A stretch of DNA of 64,000 nt, taken from IMG/VR virus record IMGVR_UViG_3300023174_005338, positions 124,001-188,000 of that record; one strand, written 5' to 3'. Under the pieces are notes generated by a model that was not told where the DNA came from, searched no databases, and was given only the letters and a program-made list of their open reading frames with translations. How positions within the stretch are numbered: position 1 is the first letter of the stretch; each line of letters opens with the position of its first letter. Both the position numbers and the translations under genes were made by a program. Shown here piece by piece: positions 29,001-36,688 of this stretch.

Positions 29001-29162
29001 GGCAGCAGTGATGTGAGTGGTTGGGTCAATCAAGTCAAACAGATCCTGGGCGTGCCTGAAGATCTAGATGAGAAGTGGAGTGCCAAATACAAAAAGAGCA
29101 TTAATTGTAGTAACCCAAAAGGATTCTCACAAAAAGCTCATTGTGCGGGAAGGAAAAAATGA
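26037..29162 (+). CDS. Large modular protein (1041 aa) with coiled coil and C-terminal basic two-Cys module
   Basis: About 14 hydrophobic-x-E junctions; ends LDE-KWSAKYKKSINC...HCAGRKK. Confidence 0.7.
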   Translation: MLSLDLFNSRYEKKLHEGAVDDAEYARLKKLGEKIDYLKQARAKTTDAEMQRAIDGRIKEYNDERMEILSVRGMKEAEQPTQRPSKQDPFAYVKPDPQGIGDTQDPKQKMAQLTQRAKKGHLANVGAGIKAFIKGEPEPMDEEQQTVNPRALGVANFQRLVKANMGNIPTVNLEFIRPEENFKLDQKGLDLISDYYDGLESDQAKNYFIYRVLPSGDETKKILKQLGWTTQQVQPSLPGIPTQGELPLQEKKKSNNDDLEAGDVKVARELQKLRARYPAVRSDIEAVASAEIDSTERSQQQLAAIRGANDKQDALLKQLVDLDKQQGREIDGLDKENNSLEQRLAQVQATNDRLQQTIGQMTGTKKAATKTKTTAPQGSADVAQGGIIDVGAPMASMPNATTVAPASNTTSTTSNKAMKYTSQQIQGLGQVAPDIRGKAANDGDQQTKKVSGSDIEEHGGGIGPRQHWQDLMQEGQPQELIHRYLAINAETDVDAVRKAIQAISRDPALGANSKARLLGQIGMIIKRHRLPIGRSYYQFMQQYMEEQSVTETVENVRAGMARIYRRLAPKIERHRDSFLAGQLYDELENYAELHGAEGEFKRMMATARNSAHMEYDTNPGGFQNWFWFLPFEDNDVDEAISKKDLLAKLQKNLPKVNDPKNKHAKPVNWTGAGKDDYGYTGYQGHGMPTDKQERARIRADKKKGVAEGTDDIKKKMSKLEALALAANRAGDDAKCKMYQQKIQSLKQKLSQSMAEGWSDQGNPTPYSVYIDGREWRAYKSDDHARAVAEKVRANLKRQGRDQTVTIAPSKTKKVQEDFGMPGTTIPRKSLIQGYTVFWNPTTQVVSVTRGGDSEEAAIEQARVGTPSMKNFRQAADRLIDRIESDLTENLTREPRTARERDEMIDKIRRMMTQDRNPANLQIMKKDIEILQTRYRDLKEDSDSGKAVEMAIMRRMLVAHTDLIVEFGLDKVVDAIEEVAYNVGDTDEIGSSDVSGWVNQVKQILGVPEDLDEKWSAKYKKSINCSNPKGFSQKAHCAGRKK

Positions 29163-30229
29163 GATATCAAGAAATTCTTGAAGCCTGCTGGACAGGATAT
29201 CGGCAAGCCGGCATGAAGAAAAAGGGCGACCGTCAAGTGCCCAACTGTGTGCCCGTGGAAGAGGTCAAGATAGGTCCAGAGATCACTGGCAAGGACCTGT
29301 TGTTCAAGGCAGCTGCCATGGCCATGCGTGATGCGTCACACGAAGGCATCAGCTTGGACTATGAACAGGCCATCAAGCAAGCCAGCAAAATTTATGGCAT
29401 ACCTTACCAACCCAGTGAACTGCCCAAGTTACTGGCCCAGCGCCAAGAAATAGATCGTCAGTTGGCCCTGTTGAAACAAGGCAAACAAGTGGCCAAGGCT
29501 CGCAGACAAGAAAAACGAGCACCCACACCAGCCGGTGCCGACGAATACTGGAAGACACATGCTCTTCCTACCGATCGTATCAAGCCTGCAACCAAATCTC
29601 TTGAAGAAACAGAAGCAGAACTGGCCGAAGATTTGAAAAAGTGGTTCAAAGAAAAGTGGGTGCGTTTTGGCCCCGATGGTAAAATCCGTGGTGACTGTGC
29701 CCGAGGCAGCAGCAAAGAAGGCAAACCAAAATGCCTGCCACAAAGCAAGGCACATGCTCTAGGCAAGAAAGGCCGTGCGTCGGCCGCGGCCAAGAAGCGC
29801 AGAGAAGATCCCAATCCCGAACGCAGAGGCCCAGCAAAAAATGTGGCCACCAAAGTCAAAGAAAATCGCGGCGGCAACTATGAAGAACTTGGTCTTAGAA
29901 AATCATCGGCAGATAGGTTCGCTGTGTTAGACAGAACGCTGGATGCCGTTATAATGACCACTAACGATTTAAAAGCAGCCAAACAAGAAGCTATTGAGTG
30001 GGCTGACTATGACGATATCAGGACAGAAATCATTGATCAAGTCACAGGTAAAAAAATATTTGCTGTGGATGGCAATGCAGGTGCAATGAACTATCTTGAT
30101 GAAAAACAAGACGCCTGCTACCGCAAGGTAAAAAGTCGTTACAAGGTCTGGCCGTCAGCTTATGCAAGTGGAGCTTTGGTCCAGTGTCGTAAGAAAGGTG
30201 CCGCCAATTGGGGCAACAAGAAAAAATGA
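29159..30229 (+). CDS. Modular protein of basic two-Cys micro-domains, CTS-like N-terminus
   Basis: MRYQEILE-ACW..., LAE-DLKKWFKEKW..., LDE-KQDACY... Confidence 0.7.
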   Translation: MRYQEILEACWTGYRQAGMKKKGDRQVPNCVPVEEVKIGPEITGKDLLFKAAAMAMRDASHEGISLDYEQAIKQASKIYGIPYQPSELPKLLAQRQEIDRQLALLKQGKQVAKARRQEKRAPTPAGADEYWKTHALPTDRIKPATKSLEETEAELAEDLKKWFKEKWVRFGPDGKIRGDCARGSSKEGKPKCLPQSKAHALGKKGRASAAAKKRREDPNPERRGPAKNVATKVKENRGGNYEELGLRKSSADRFAVLDRTLDAVIMTTNDLKAAKQEAIEWADYDDIRTEIIDQVTGKKIFAVDGNAGAMNYLDEKQDACYRKVKSRYKVWPSAYASGALVQCRKKGAANWGNKKK

Positions 30230-30654
30230 GAGAGCTTATCACACTGGTAGAAGCAGCCGAGAAGAATTGTCCTAGAGCAACACACGACATAGCATTAAAT
30301 CTCAAGAACCGTCAGAAGGCCATTGAGCAATATCACTATGGACCTCCCAATCCTGGTGAAGCTGGCACCTACTGGAAAGATGCGGCTCGTCGTTGGCGGG
30401 TCACAGAAAAAACCATGAAGACCATGCGCTGTGGCAACTGCGCGGCCTTTGATGCCAGTGACAGTATGCGCAAGTGTATAGCCTCTGGCATAGAGTCCGG
30501 TGAGAAAAACATAGATGCAGCCGCCAGTATCAATTTGTCAGATCTCGGCTACTGCAACTTCCTGCATTTCAAATGTGCAGGAACTCGTTCTTGTTCGGCC
30601 TGGATCACAGGCGGTCCTATCACTGAAAAGGACAAAGGTCACAAGGCCAACTAA
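30226..30654 (+). CDS. Cys-rich protein, CTS-like N-terminus
   Basis: MRELITLVE; CGNC, GYC...FKC...RSC. Confidence 0.65.
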   Translation: MRELITLVEAAEKNCPRATHDIALNLKNRQKAIEQYHYGPPNPGEAGTYWKDAARRWRVTEKTMKTMRCGNCAAFDASDSMRKCIASGIESGEKNIDAAASINLSDLGYCNFLHFKCAGTRSCSAWITGGPITEKDKGHKAN

Positions 30655-31293
30655 ATGCGTATCAGTGATTTCCGTATAGAAAACCATGACAAGCTGGATC
30701 GCATATTAGTAGATCTGTGTGAAATGGTCATTGCGGGTCAACAACAAGATCCAGATCTCTATGGCATGGTAGCGGCAGCTGTGTTGGATCCTGACAACCG
30801 TCTAGTCATGGCACTAAATCATGCCCAAGGCCGCAAGGATGTGCATGGCGAGCGTGCAGCCATAGACAAGTATAGAAAGCAGTATGGTGAAATTCCTGAA
30901 GGCAGTATCATCGTCACTACCTGTAGTCCCTGCACTGAACCCATGCCCGAACGTATGGGCGCAAGTTGTAGAGATCTAATCAGTTCAACTCCGGTCCACA
31001 AGGTCTATGCTGGTTATAGAGATCCCAGCCAGGACACAGGCCCAGGCGATAAAACCTATCACTTACAAATAACACGCAACAAACGGATACAAGAATTGTG
31101 TCGACAATTTGCCAACACCTGGCTCAAAGATGAATTAAATGAACTCAGCTTCCTAGGCAGTCCATGCACCCGAGACTGCTCAGGACATAGAGCTGGTTAC
31201 TACTGGAGCCAGGCAAGAGGCGGAGCCAAGGTGCCCAACTCATGGAGCCAGAGTTTCAACAATGGTGCGGCATTGCACAAGGCAGGCAAATGA
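30655..31293 (+). CDS. Zinc-dependent (cytidine/dCMP-type) deaminase plus C-terminal Cys/His module
   Basis: HGE...TTCSPC (HxE / PCxxC variant); LNE-LSFLGSPCTRDCSGH. Confidence 0.7.
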   Translation: MRISDFRIENHDKLDRILVDLCEMVIAGQQQDPDLYGMVAAAVLDPDNRLVMALNHAQGRKDVHGERAAIDKYRKQYGEIPEGSIIVTTCSPCTEPMPERMGASCRDLISSTPVHKVYAGYRDPSQDTGPGDKTYHLQITRNKRIQELCRQFANTWLKDELNELSFLGSPCTRDCSGHRAGYYWSQARGGAKVPNSWSQSFNNGAALHKAGK

Positions 31294-31361
31294 ACCCTTA
31301 TCCAGTATATCCCGAGGACAACGGCAGTGATACTCCAAGACTTCGCTACGCACCAGTCTAA
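31290..31361 (+). CDS. Possible 23-aa peptide
   Basis: MNPYPVYPEDNGSDTPRLRYAPV, ATGA-coupled, overlaps next gene. Confidence 0.35.
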   Translation: MNPYPVYPEDNGSDTPRLRYAPV

Positions 31362-31917
31362 CTTGGACGAGAGCAGTGGTTACAGCCTAGCAGGCAGTTT
31401 CACACGTGACCTCACTGCCAGCAAGGTGTGGTTGTTGACGGAACTAGAACGCATACAAACAAATTATTCTACAATTTACATTTTGGGTTCCTGGTATGGC
31501 AACTTGGCCCTGTACATGACTTTGGAAGGTAGAATACAGGCTGACAAGATTGTGCTGGTAGAAAAAGACAAAAAGTTTTTGAGTACCAGCAAAAAGTTAT
31601 TGGACTTGGCCGGTGCCCGCAATGTAGAATACATGTTAGAGGATTCAAACAAATTGGACTACCGTCAACTAGGCGAATCAGGAGTTGTGATCAACACCAG
31701 CCTGACCGACATGCAGGGACGTAGTTGGTTTTTAAACATACCCAACGGCACACTTGTGGTCATGCAGGCACGTGATCATGATCCCAATCGCAGTTTTTCG
31801 AGCACACAAGATATTGTAGATCGTTTTCCTTTATCGCAAGTCTTGTATCATGGACGCATGCAACTGCGTGACCCTGAAACTGAATATACTAGATACATGG
31901 TTGTTGGTACTAAATAA
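31327..31917 (+). CDS. Class I SAM-dependent methyltransferase-like, CTS-like N-terminus
   Basis: ILGSWYG, VLVEKD, VINTS; GTG start with SD GAGG. Confidence 0.65.
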   Translation: MILQDFATHQSNLDESSGYSLAGSFTRDLTASKVWLLTELERIQTNYSTIYILGSWYGNLALYMTLEGRIQADKIVLVEKDKKFLSTSKKLLDLAGARNVEYMLEDSNKLDYRQLGESGVVINTSLTDMQGRSWFLNIPNGTLVVMQARDHDPNRSFSSTQDIVDRFPLSQVLYHGRMQLRDPETEYTRYMVVGTK

Positions 31918-31920
31918 CCC

Positions 31921-32823
31921 ATGCCAAAGATTCAGCAAACTAACTTGCCAATTTACATTGGGGCAAGATGCAACTACTCTTGTCAACATTGTGCATCTGG
32001 ATCTGATCTCAGAAAAAACTTAGACCCTGATCCTTCTTTAGAGGAAATCATCTCTGCTATTCCTATTTTGGCTGAAAAATTTGAAGTCAATGGATCGATA
32101 AGTTTGCTTGGCGGCGAACCTCTGTTGTATTGGGACGAAAAAATTGTTCCGTTGACTGCAAAATTACGTGAACATTTTCCTAACTCACGGATCAACATTT
32201 ATACCAATGGACACCTGATTGGAAAAAATATCTCACGGATCTTGGATATCATGATCAAACACAATATATCTTTGACCATAAGTCGACATCTCATGGGCGA
32301 TATAACGTCAGTGGTTGGTCGGCAATGGCAAAAAAGTATAGATCAATTGATTTCTCATCCGTCTATTGTTAAAATTCACAACGATCACTTTCATATCAAA
32401 GATAATATTCGAGCCAATGTATATTTTTATACAAATAAATTTTGGTCATCACACTATTATACGCTTCCAAATGGTCAAATTAAACCACACGCTACCAATG
32501 ATCCAGAAAATTCTATACTACATGGATGCATAGGCTCTACCTGTAGTTACCTTTACGGAACCAAGTTATACAAATGCGGCAGATTGGCCAACTTGCAATA
32601 TCTGTTGCAATCTGTTGATCAGGTGGGAGATCTAGACTGGAAAAAATATTTAGATTATCAACCTCTTGATTTGTTAAATTTAAAACAAACAGACTTTGAT
32701 CACTTTTTAAGCACATATGGAAAACCCATATCAGAATGCGACATGTGTCAGGCAACACCACCGGATCTGTTATGGAAAGATCGAACCTGGGATTTGGTCT
32801 TTCATCAAAAACACACACCTTAG
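31921..32823 (+). CDS. Radical SAM protein
   Basis: CNYSCQHC, LLGGEPLL, YTNG, C-terminal Cys cluster; TAAATA 31911-31916. Confidence 0.85.
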   Translation: MPKIQQTNLPIYIGARCNYSCQHCASGSDLRKNLDPDPSLEEIISAIPILAEKFEVNGSISLLGGEPLLYWDEKIVPLTAKLREHFPNSRINIYTNGHLIGKNISRILDIMIKHNISLTISRHLMGDITSVVGRQWQKSIDQLISHPSIVKIHNDHFHIKDNIRANVYFYTNKFWSSHYYTLPNGQIKPHATNDPENSILHGCIGSTCSYLYGTKLYKCGRLANLQYLLQSVDQVGDLDWKKYLDYQPLDLLNLKQTDFDHFLSTYGKPISECDMCQATPPDLLWKDRTWDLVFHQKHTP

Positions 32824-32905
32824 GACCCTTGAGGTTATGTGTAGGCGGCTGCTGCCTCACTATAAATAGATTCGCTACCTATTTCAGTGGAAGTGAGCTA
32901 GGTAA
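32821..32905 (+). ncRNA. Candidate structured RNA / cis element
   Basis: Stems AGGC/GCCT (32843-57) and CACT..AAATAG/CTATTT..AGTG (32858-89); contains TATAAATA 32861-32868. Confidence 0.35.
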
Positions 32906-32922
32906 TTACAATTTTCATCAAC

Positions 32923-34023
32923 ATGTCAAACTCGCCTGCTCCTAGTATACCGTTGACCGTCAAAGGTCCTGCCAAAGATCTAGTTTTGAATCAAGAAATT
33001 TTGTATTGGTATCCATGGCTAAAAGGCATAGCCGGCACGGATACCTATGTGCATCTTCATGCGCAATGGCAAGTCGACAAAAATTCTGATCAACCTTGGC
33101 CAGAATCACCGCCTACAGGTTACACAAACTATATCATCAGTGGCGACAGCCTGATGGTAGGCTGGGCAGAACTGTTGAGTCAACAACTCGATGCAAACAT
33201 AATACAACTATTTCAGAGCTACATACCTGACGATTTTACTAAAGAGAATACTTTACACTTTACCTATAACACCGCTCATCTCCGAGGTCGCCGTTTGGCC
33301 AATAGACTTGGTCCCATGTCAAATAAAAACATCCGTTACAAGGCCAGTGCGCTGACCCGACGAATTTCACAGAGTAAAATTATAATTTTTTCTGCCATGA
33401 AAGAAATATTAGGTGATCACGATGCTGTGTATAGTCTCCATAAAGTGTTAAGAGATGAAAAAAATATACACAGTTGGCAGACCACCGGCAATGCCACTTG
33501 CGATCATTACATGCATTTGTTTAGAACAAAATGGGCCAACTCAGAAATAAAACTTCCCTGGGATGATCATGTCATGTGGACCTACGATAATCCAGCTTAT
33601 GTAGAATCTGCCATCAATTTTACACAGGAAAGTTATCATTACAGTTACACTCACAATGCACAAGGTTGTTTTATTCAGCCAGGACCGTTTTTAACAGAAA
33701 AAACCTGGAAATGTATCCTGAGTGAAACAGCATTTATACCTGTTGGACAATATTTTTCGTATCACTGGTTGCAGAAACTGGGCTTTCAATTTGATTACGG
33801 AGCACTTGATTTGAGTTTTGATAACGATCCAGGCAATCTAACACGACTTGAAAAAATTGTTGATTTGATCAGGACCTTGGCTGATCATTCTGCACAAGAC
33901 CTATTTGACATGACACGAGACAGCACAGTTTACAACAAAAAACATTTGCTCAGTGACAATTTCATTGATGCTTGCCAACAGGATAACCAACCTTTTTATG
34001 ATTTTCTTAGCACACTAAAATAA
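32923..34023 (+). CDS. Hypothetical protein, possibly glycosyltransferase-like
   Basis: C-terminal PFLTEKTWK..F.P.GQ...L..LGF pattern. Confidence 0.55.
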   Translation: MSNSPAPSIPLTVKGPAKDLVLNQEILYWYPWLKGIAGTDTYVHLHAQWQVDKNSDQPWPESPPTGYTNYIISGDSLMVGWAELLSQQLDANIIQLFQSYIPDDFTKENTLHFTYNTAHLRGRRLANRLGPMSNKNIRYKASALTRRISQSKIIIFSAMKEILGDHDAVYSLHKVLRDEKNIHSWQTTGNATCDHYMHLFRTKWANSEIKLPWDDHVMWTYDNPAYVESAINFTQESYHYSYTHNAQGCFIQPGPFLTEKTWKCILSETAFIPVGQYFSYHWLQKLGFQFDYGALDLSFDNDPGNLTRLEKIVDLIRTLADHSAQDLFDMTRDSTVYNKKHLLSDNFIDACQQDNQPFYDFLSTLK

Positions 34024-34026
34024 ATC

Positions 34027-34620
34027 ATGATCATAGGCAACCAAAAACCCATACGAATCATTGGCTACAGTGAATCATCTATGACTCAAGAGTTTGTAAA
34101 TGAGATATCAAAAACACATGTTTGCACAGTGATATCACCAGAAGACTTTGTCACAGACATTGATACAGACTATCAATACATAGTATCAGTCACGGTCGAC
34201 TTGCAAGAACGTAAAAAAATATTGGAGCAGGTTGACCAGCTTGACTTGGATTTAGTCACTTATATCCACAACACTGCCATAGTAAATGGCAATGTTAATC
34301 CTGGATCTTTTGTGTTTCCTTTTTGTAACATTGGTTTACATGCTAGACTAGGTAGACATTGTATTATAAGTGCTTACAGTATGATTGGACATTTCAGTGT
34401 ACTAGGGTCAAACTGTATTCTAAGACCAGGAGTTATGGTCACTGACAAATCTAGAATTGGCAACCACTGTGTTTTAAACATACGGTCTACAGTAACTAAC
34501 AAGGCACACATGGTAGATTATGTGGAACTTAAAGCCTTCAGTAGTGTGACAAAAAATATTACCAAGCCAGGCATTTACATTGGCTCCCCGGCAAGATCAA
34601 TGATTATATCATCAACTTAA
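34027..34620 (+). CDS. Hexapeptide-repeat (NeuD/PglD-like) acyltransferase
   Basis: [IVL]G-x-x-[CS]-[IV] hexads, YIGSPAR end. Confidence 0.8.
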   Translation: MIIGNQKPIRIIGYSESSMTQEFVNEISKTHVCTVISPEDFVTDIDTDYQYIVSVTVDLQERKKILEQVDQLDLDLVTYIHNTAIVNGNVNPGSFVFPFCNIGLHARLGRHCIISAYSMIGHFSVLGSNCILRPGVMVTDKSRIGNHCVLNIRSTVTNKAHMVDYVELKAFSSVTKNITKPGIYIGSPARSMIISST

Positions 34621-35535
34621 TTGTTTGATTAGATTATCTATTATCTGTTGGCAAGTTAATAATTCCGTGACATGATCTATACCATGTCCAAGATAAACGT
34701 GTCCATCTTTCTTGCCATGTATTCCACGTACTAATCCCATGGTGCCATTGGCATCATCGGGGCCATGATATGGCTGAAACTGCAAGGCACTTTGTTTGCG
34801 CTCTACGCCGCCCACTTGATGCACAAATTTTGTCAAATCGGCACTTTGTTTTTGTATGGCTGACAATTTGATTTCTGTGTTCAATGGACTTTCTACACTC
34901 AGGGCTAACACCGTGCCCACAGCAACCATTTCTGCACCCAGGTCGATGTAATCTTTGACCTGCTCGGCTGTGCCCACACCTCCATAAGGTATTAACATGG
35001 CTCCAGGAGTCAATTCACGTTGTGTTAAAAATAATTCTCGTATCGCATGAGATCCGGTAAATCCAGCACTTTCGGTACCTTTAATACAAAACCCGTCAAG
35101 TAAATGTAGATTCACGGTGGCTTGATCCACTGGGTCATATATGCGTTTAAAAACCTTGGTTCCTAAAGCCTTGATTGGGTCCAACAATGCAATCAGATCG
35201 GCGGTCAATTCTTGTTCGGTGGCTGTGAAATTAAAAGTATTTTTAGCACCGTAAATAATTTCCATAGTAGGAATACGATGAGATCTTACAATTTCCTGTA
35301 CGGCCACCGATTCGTATTCATACAATTCAAAACTTAGGTGTATGCAATTACTGCCAGTGCTTTGAACAAATTTATCTAGATCTTGTTGCATGCGGGTAGG
35401 ATTACCGTTGTACGTCCACGAACATAGACTAGGATACCCTCCAGCCTTGTGAACAGCCATGGCTAGTTCCACAGTTGAACCTTTGTTCATACAGGCTTCT
35501 AAAATGGGATATCGAGATTGAAATACAGCGGACAT
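34612..35535 (-). CDS. Nitronate monooxygenase / FabK-like flavoenzyme
   Basis: YPILEACM, ELAMAVHKAGG, KGTESAG, YGGVGT, VAVGTVL; minus-strand TAAATA 35540-35545. Confidence 0.7.
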   Translation of the reverse strand: MSAVFQSRYPILEACMNKGSTVELAMAVHKAGGYPSLCSWTYNGNPTRMQQDLDKFVQSTGSNCIHLSFELYEYESVAVQEIVRSHRIPTMEIIYGAKNTFNFTATEQELTADLIALLDPIKALGTKVFKRIYDPVDQATVNLHLLDGFCIKGTESAGFTGSHAIRELFLTQRELTPGAMLIPYGGVGTAEQVKDYIDLGAEMVAVGTVLALSVESPLNTEIKLSAIQKQSADLTKFVHQVGGVERKQSALQFQPYHGPDDANGTMGLVRGIHGKKDGHVYLGHGIDHVTELLTCQQIIDNLIKQLS

Positions 35536-35538
35536 AAA

Positions 35539-36630
35539 CTATTTACAATCAAAATGTTTGATCAACGATTTTCTTGACAGTTTTCCGGAATCTGATCGAG
35601 GTATGCTTTCTAATTGATTAATCCAAGAAGGATAACAAACAGAGTGTATAAGTTGCAAGCCCCGCACGACTCGTGACACGTCCACTGCACCAACATAGAC
35701 ACAATTCACTGTTGTTGTGCCAAAAATCACGATTTCTTGTAGTTCTGGAATGTCTTGCCGCATTTGTTGCTCTATACTGACCGGATCAATTTTGTAACCA
35801 CGAATATTGATACGATCAACACTGCGACCCAGTATTCGATAATAACCATGATCATCCTGCTCGGCCAAGTCACCGGTATCAAACCAATCCTGGGTATATG
35901 CTTGTTGGCTTCTGATCCACAAATTACCATCTCTTATGTCAGCCTCTACACCAGTGGTGGGCAGGCCCACGGTGCCAGGTCGTTGAGACCCAGACAAAGG
36001 ATTGCACAAAACATGACTCATGGCTTCAGTCATGCCAAAATATTCTATTACCGGCACCTGAAATTTGTGTTGTAGTGCCTGATACAGTTCCGGGCTCAGT
36101 GGAGCACTACCACTGCGGATCAATCTCAATGCAGTCAATGGCAGTTCGTTTATCACAGACAATATGTCAGGTATGGCCGACACAAATGTGGGTTGGTAAT
36201 CGACCATCTGTCGCACCTGGCGCACCGACAAAAAATGTGTTTCACATCCTGCGTCTCGTGTGGCCCAGTAAAGAGATTGCCCATGTGCATGCCAAAGGCT
36301 CATTACTCCCACATACCTATCGTTGGCAGTGATTTCCAAATCTTGCTGTATTGATCTTACAAGGTTATCAAGTTGTTGTTGTGTAAAGCTATAGAATTTG
36401 CTGTCGCCCACAGTGCCTGAAGTATACCACAGCAGTCGTTCGTTGCTGTAGTCGCCACCTGATCTTTGTTGTTGGTGATTGGGTTCAATCAGAAGGCTCC
36501 AATCAGATTGATCCAAAAGATATTTTTTCCTCGCAGGAGTATAATCTGGATTCACGATCATGATGCTGTAATCATCCAATTGATCTATGTAGTCTTGAGG
36601 ATTAGGGACACACAACACTGCTCTTTTCAT
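35539..36630 (-). CDS. AMP-binding acyl-CoA synthetase (adenylate-forming enzyme)
   Basis: YTSGTVG, YFGMTEA, FDTGDL, GRSVDRINIRGYKI; minus-strand TATAAATA 36664-36671. Confidence 0.85.
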   Translation of the reverse strand: MKRAVLCVPNPQDYIDQLDDYSIMIVNPDYTPARKKYLLDQSDWSLLIEPNHQQQRSGGDYSNERLLWYTSGTVGDSKFYSFTQQQLDNLVRSIQQDLEITANDRYVGVMSLWHAHGQSLYWATRDAGCETHFLSVRQVRQMVDYQPTFVSAIPDILSVINELPLTALRLIRSGSAPLSPELYQALQHKFQVPVIEYFGMTEAMSHVLCNPLSGSQRPGTVGLPTTGVEADIRDGNLWIRSQQAYTQDWFDTGDLAEQDDHGYYRILGRSVDRINIRGYKIDPVSIEQQMRQDIPELQEIVIFGTTTVNCVYVGAVDVSRVVRGLQLIHSVCYPSWINQLESIPRSDSGKLSRKSLIKHFDCK

Positions 36631-36671
36631 TGACCTACCTGGGAAATTTAATATATAATGAGTTATTTATA
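36630..36671. promoter_or_regulatory. Overlapping divergent promoters
   Basis: + TTGACC(36630)-18 nt-TATAAT(36654); minus-strand TATAAATA 36664-36671. Confidence 0.55.
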
Positions 36672-36688
36672 AAAGGAAAAAACTCCAA

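Noticed and set aside
31921-32823. Radical SAM gene as QueE
   Set aside because: Lacks the QueE N-terminal QGEG...FVR pattern, has extra C-terminal Cys and is far from the deazaguanine genes.
32845-32858. GCGGCTGCTGCCTC is complementary to two conserved 16S rRNA stretches (CAGCAGCCGC, GAGGCAGCAG)
   Set aside because: Only 10 nt each, sharing a CTGCTG core; expected by chance at a non-trivial rate, so anti-rRNA action is unsupported.
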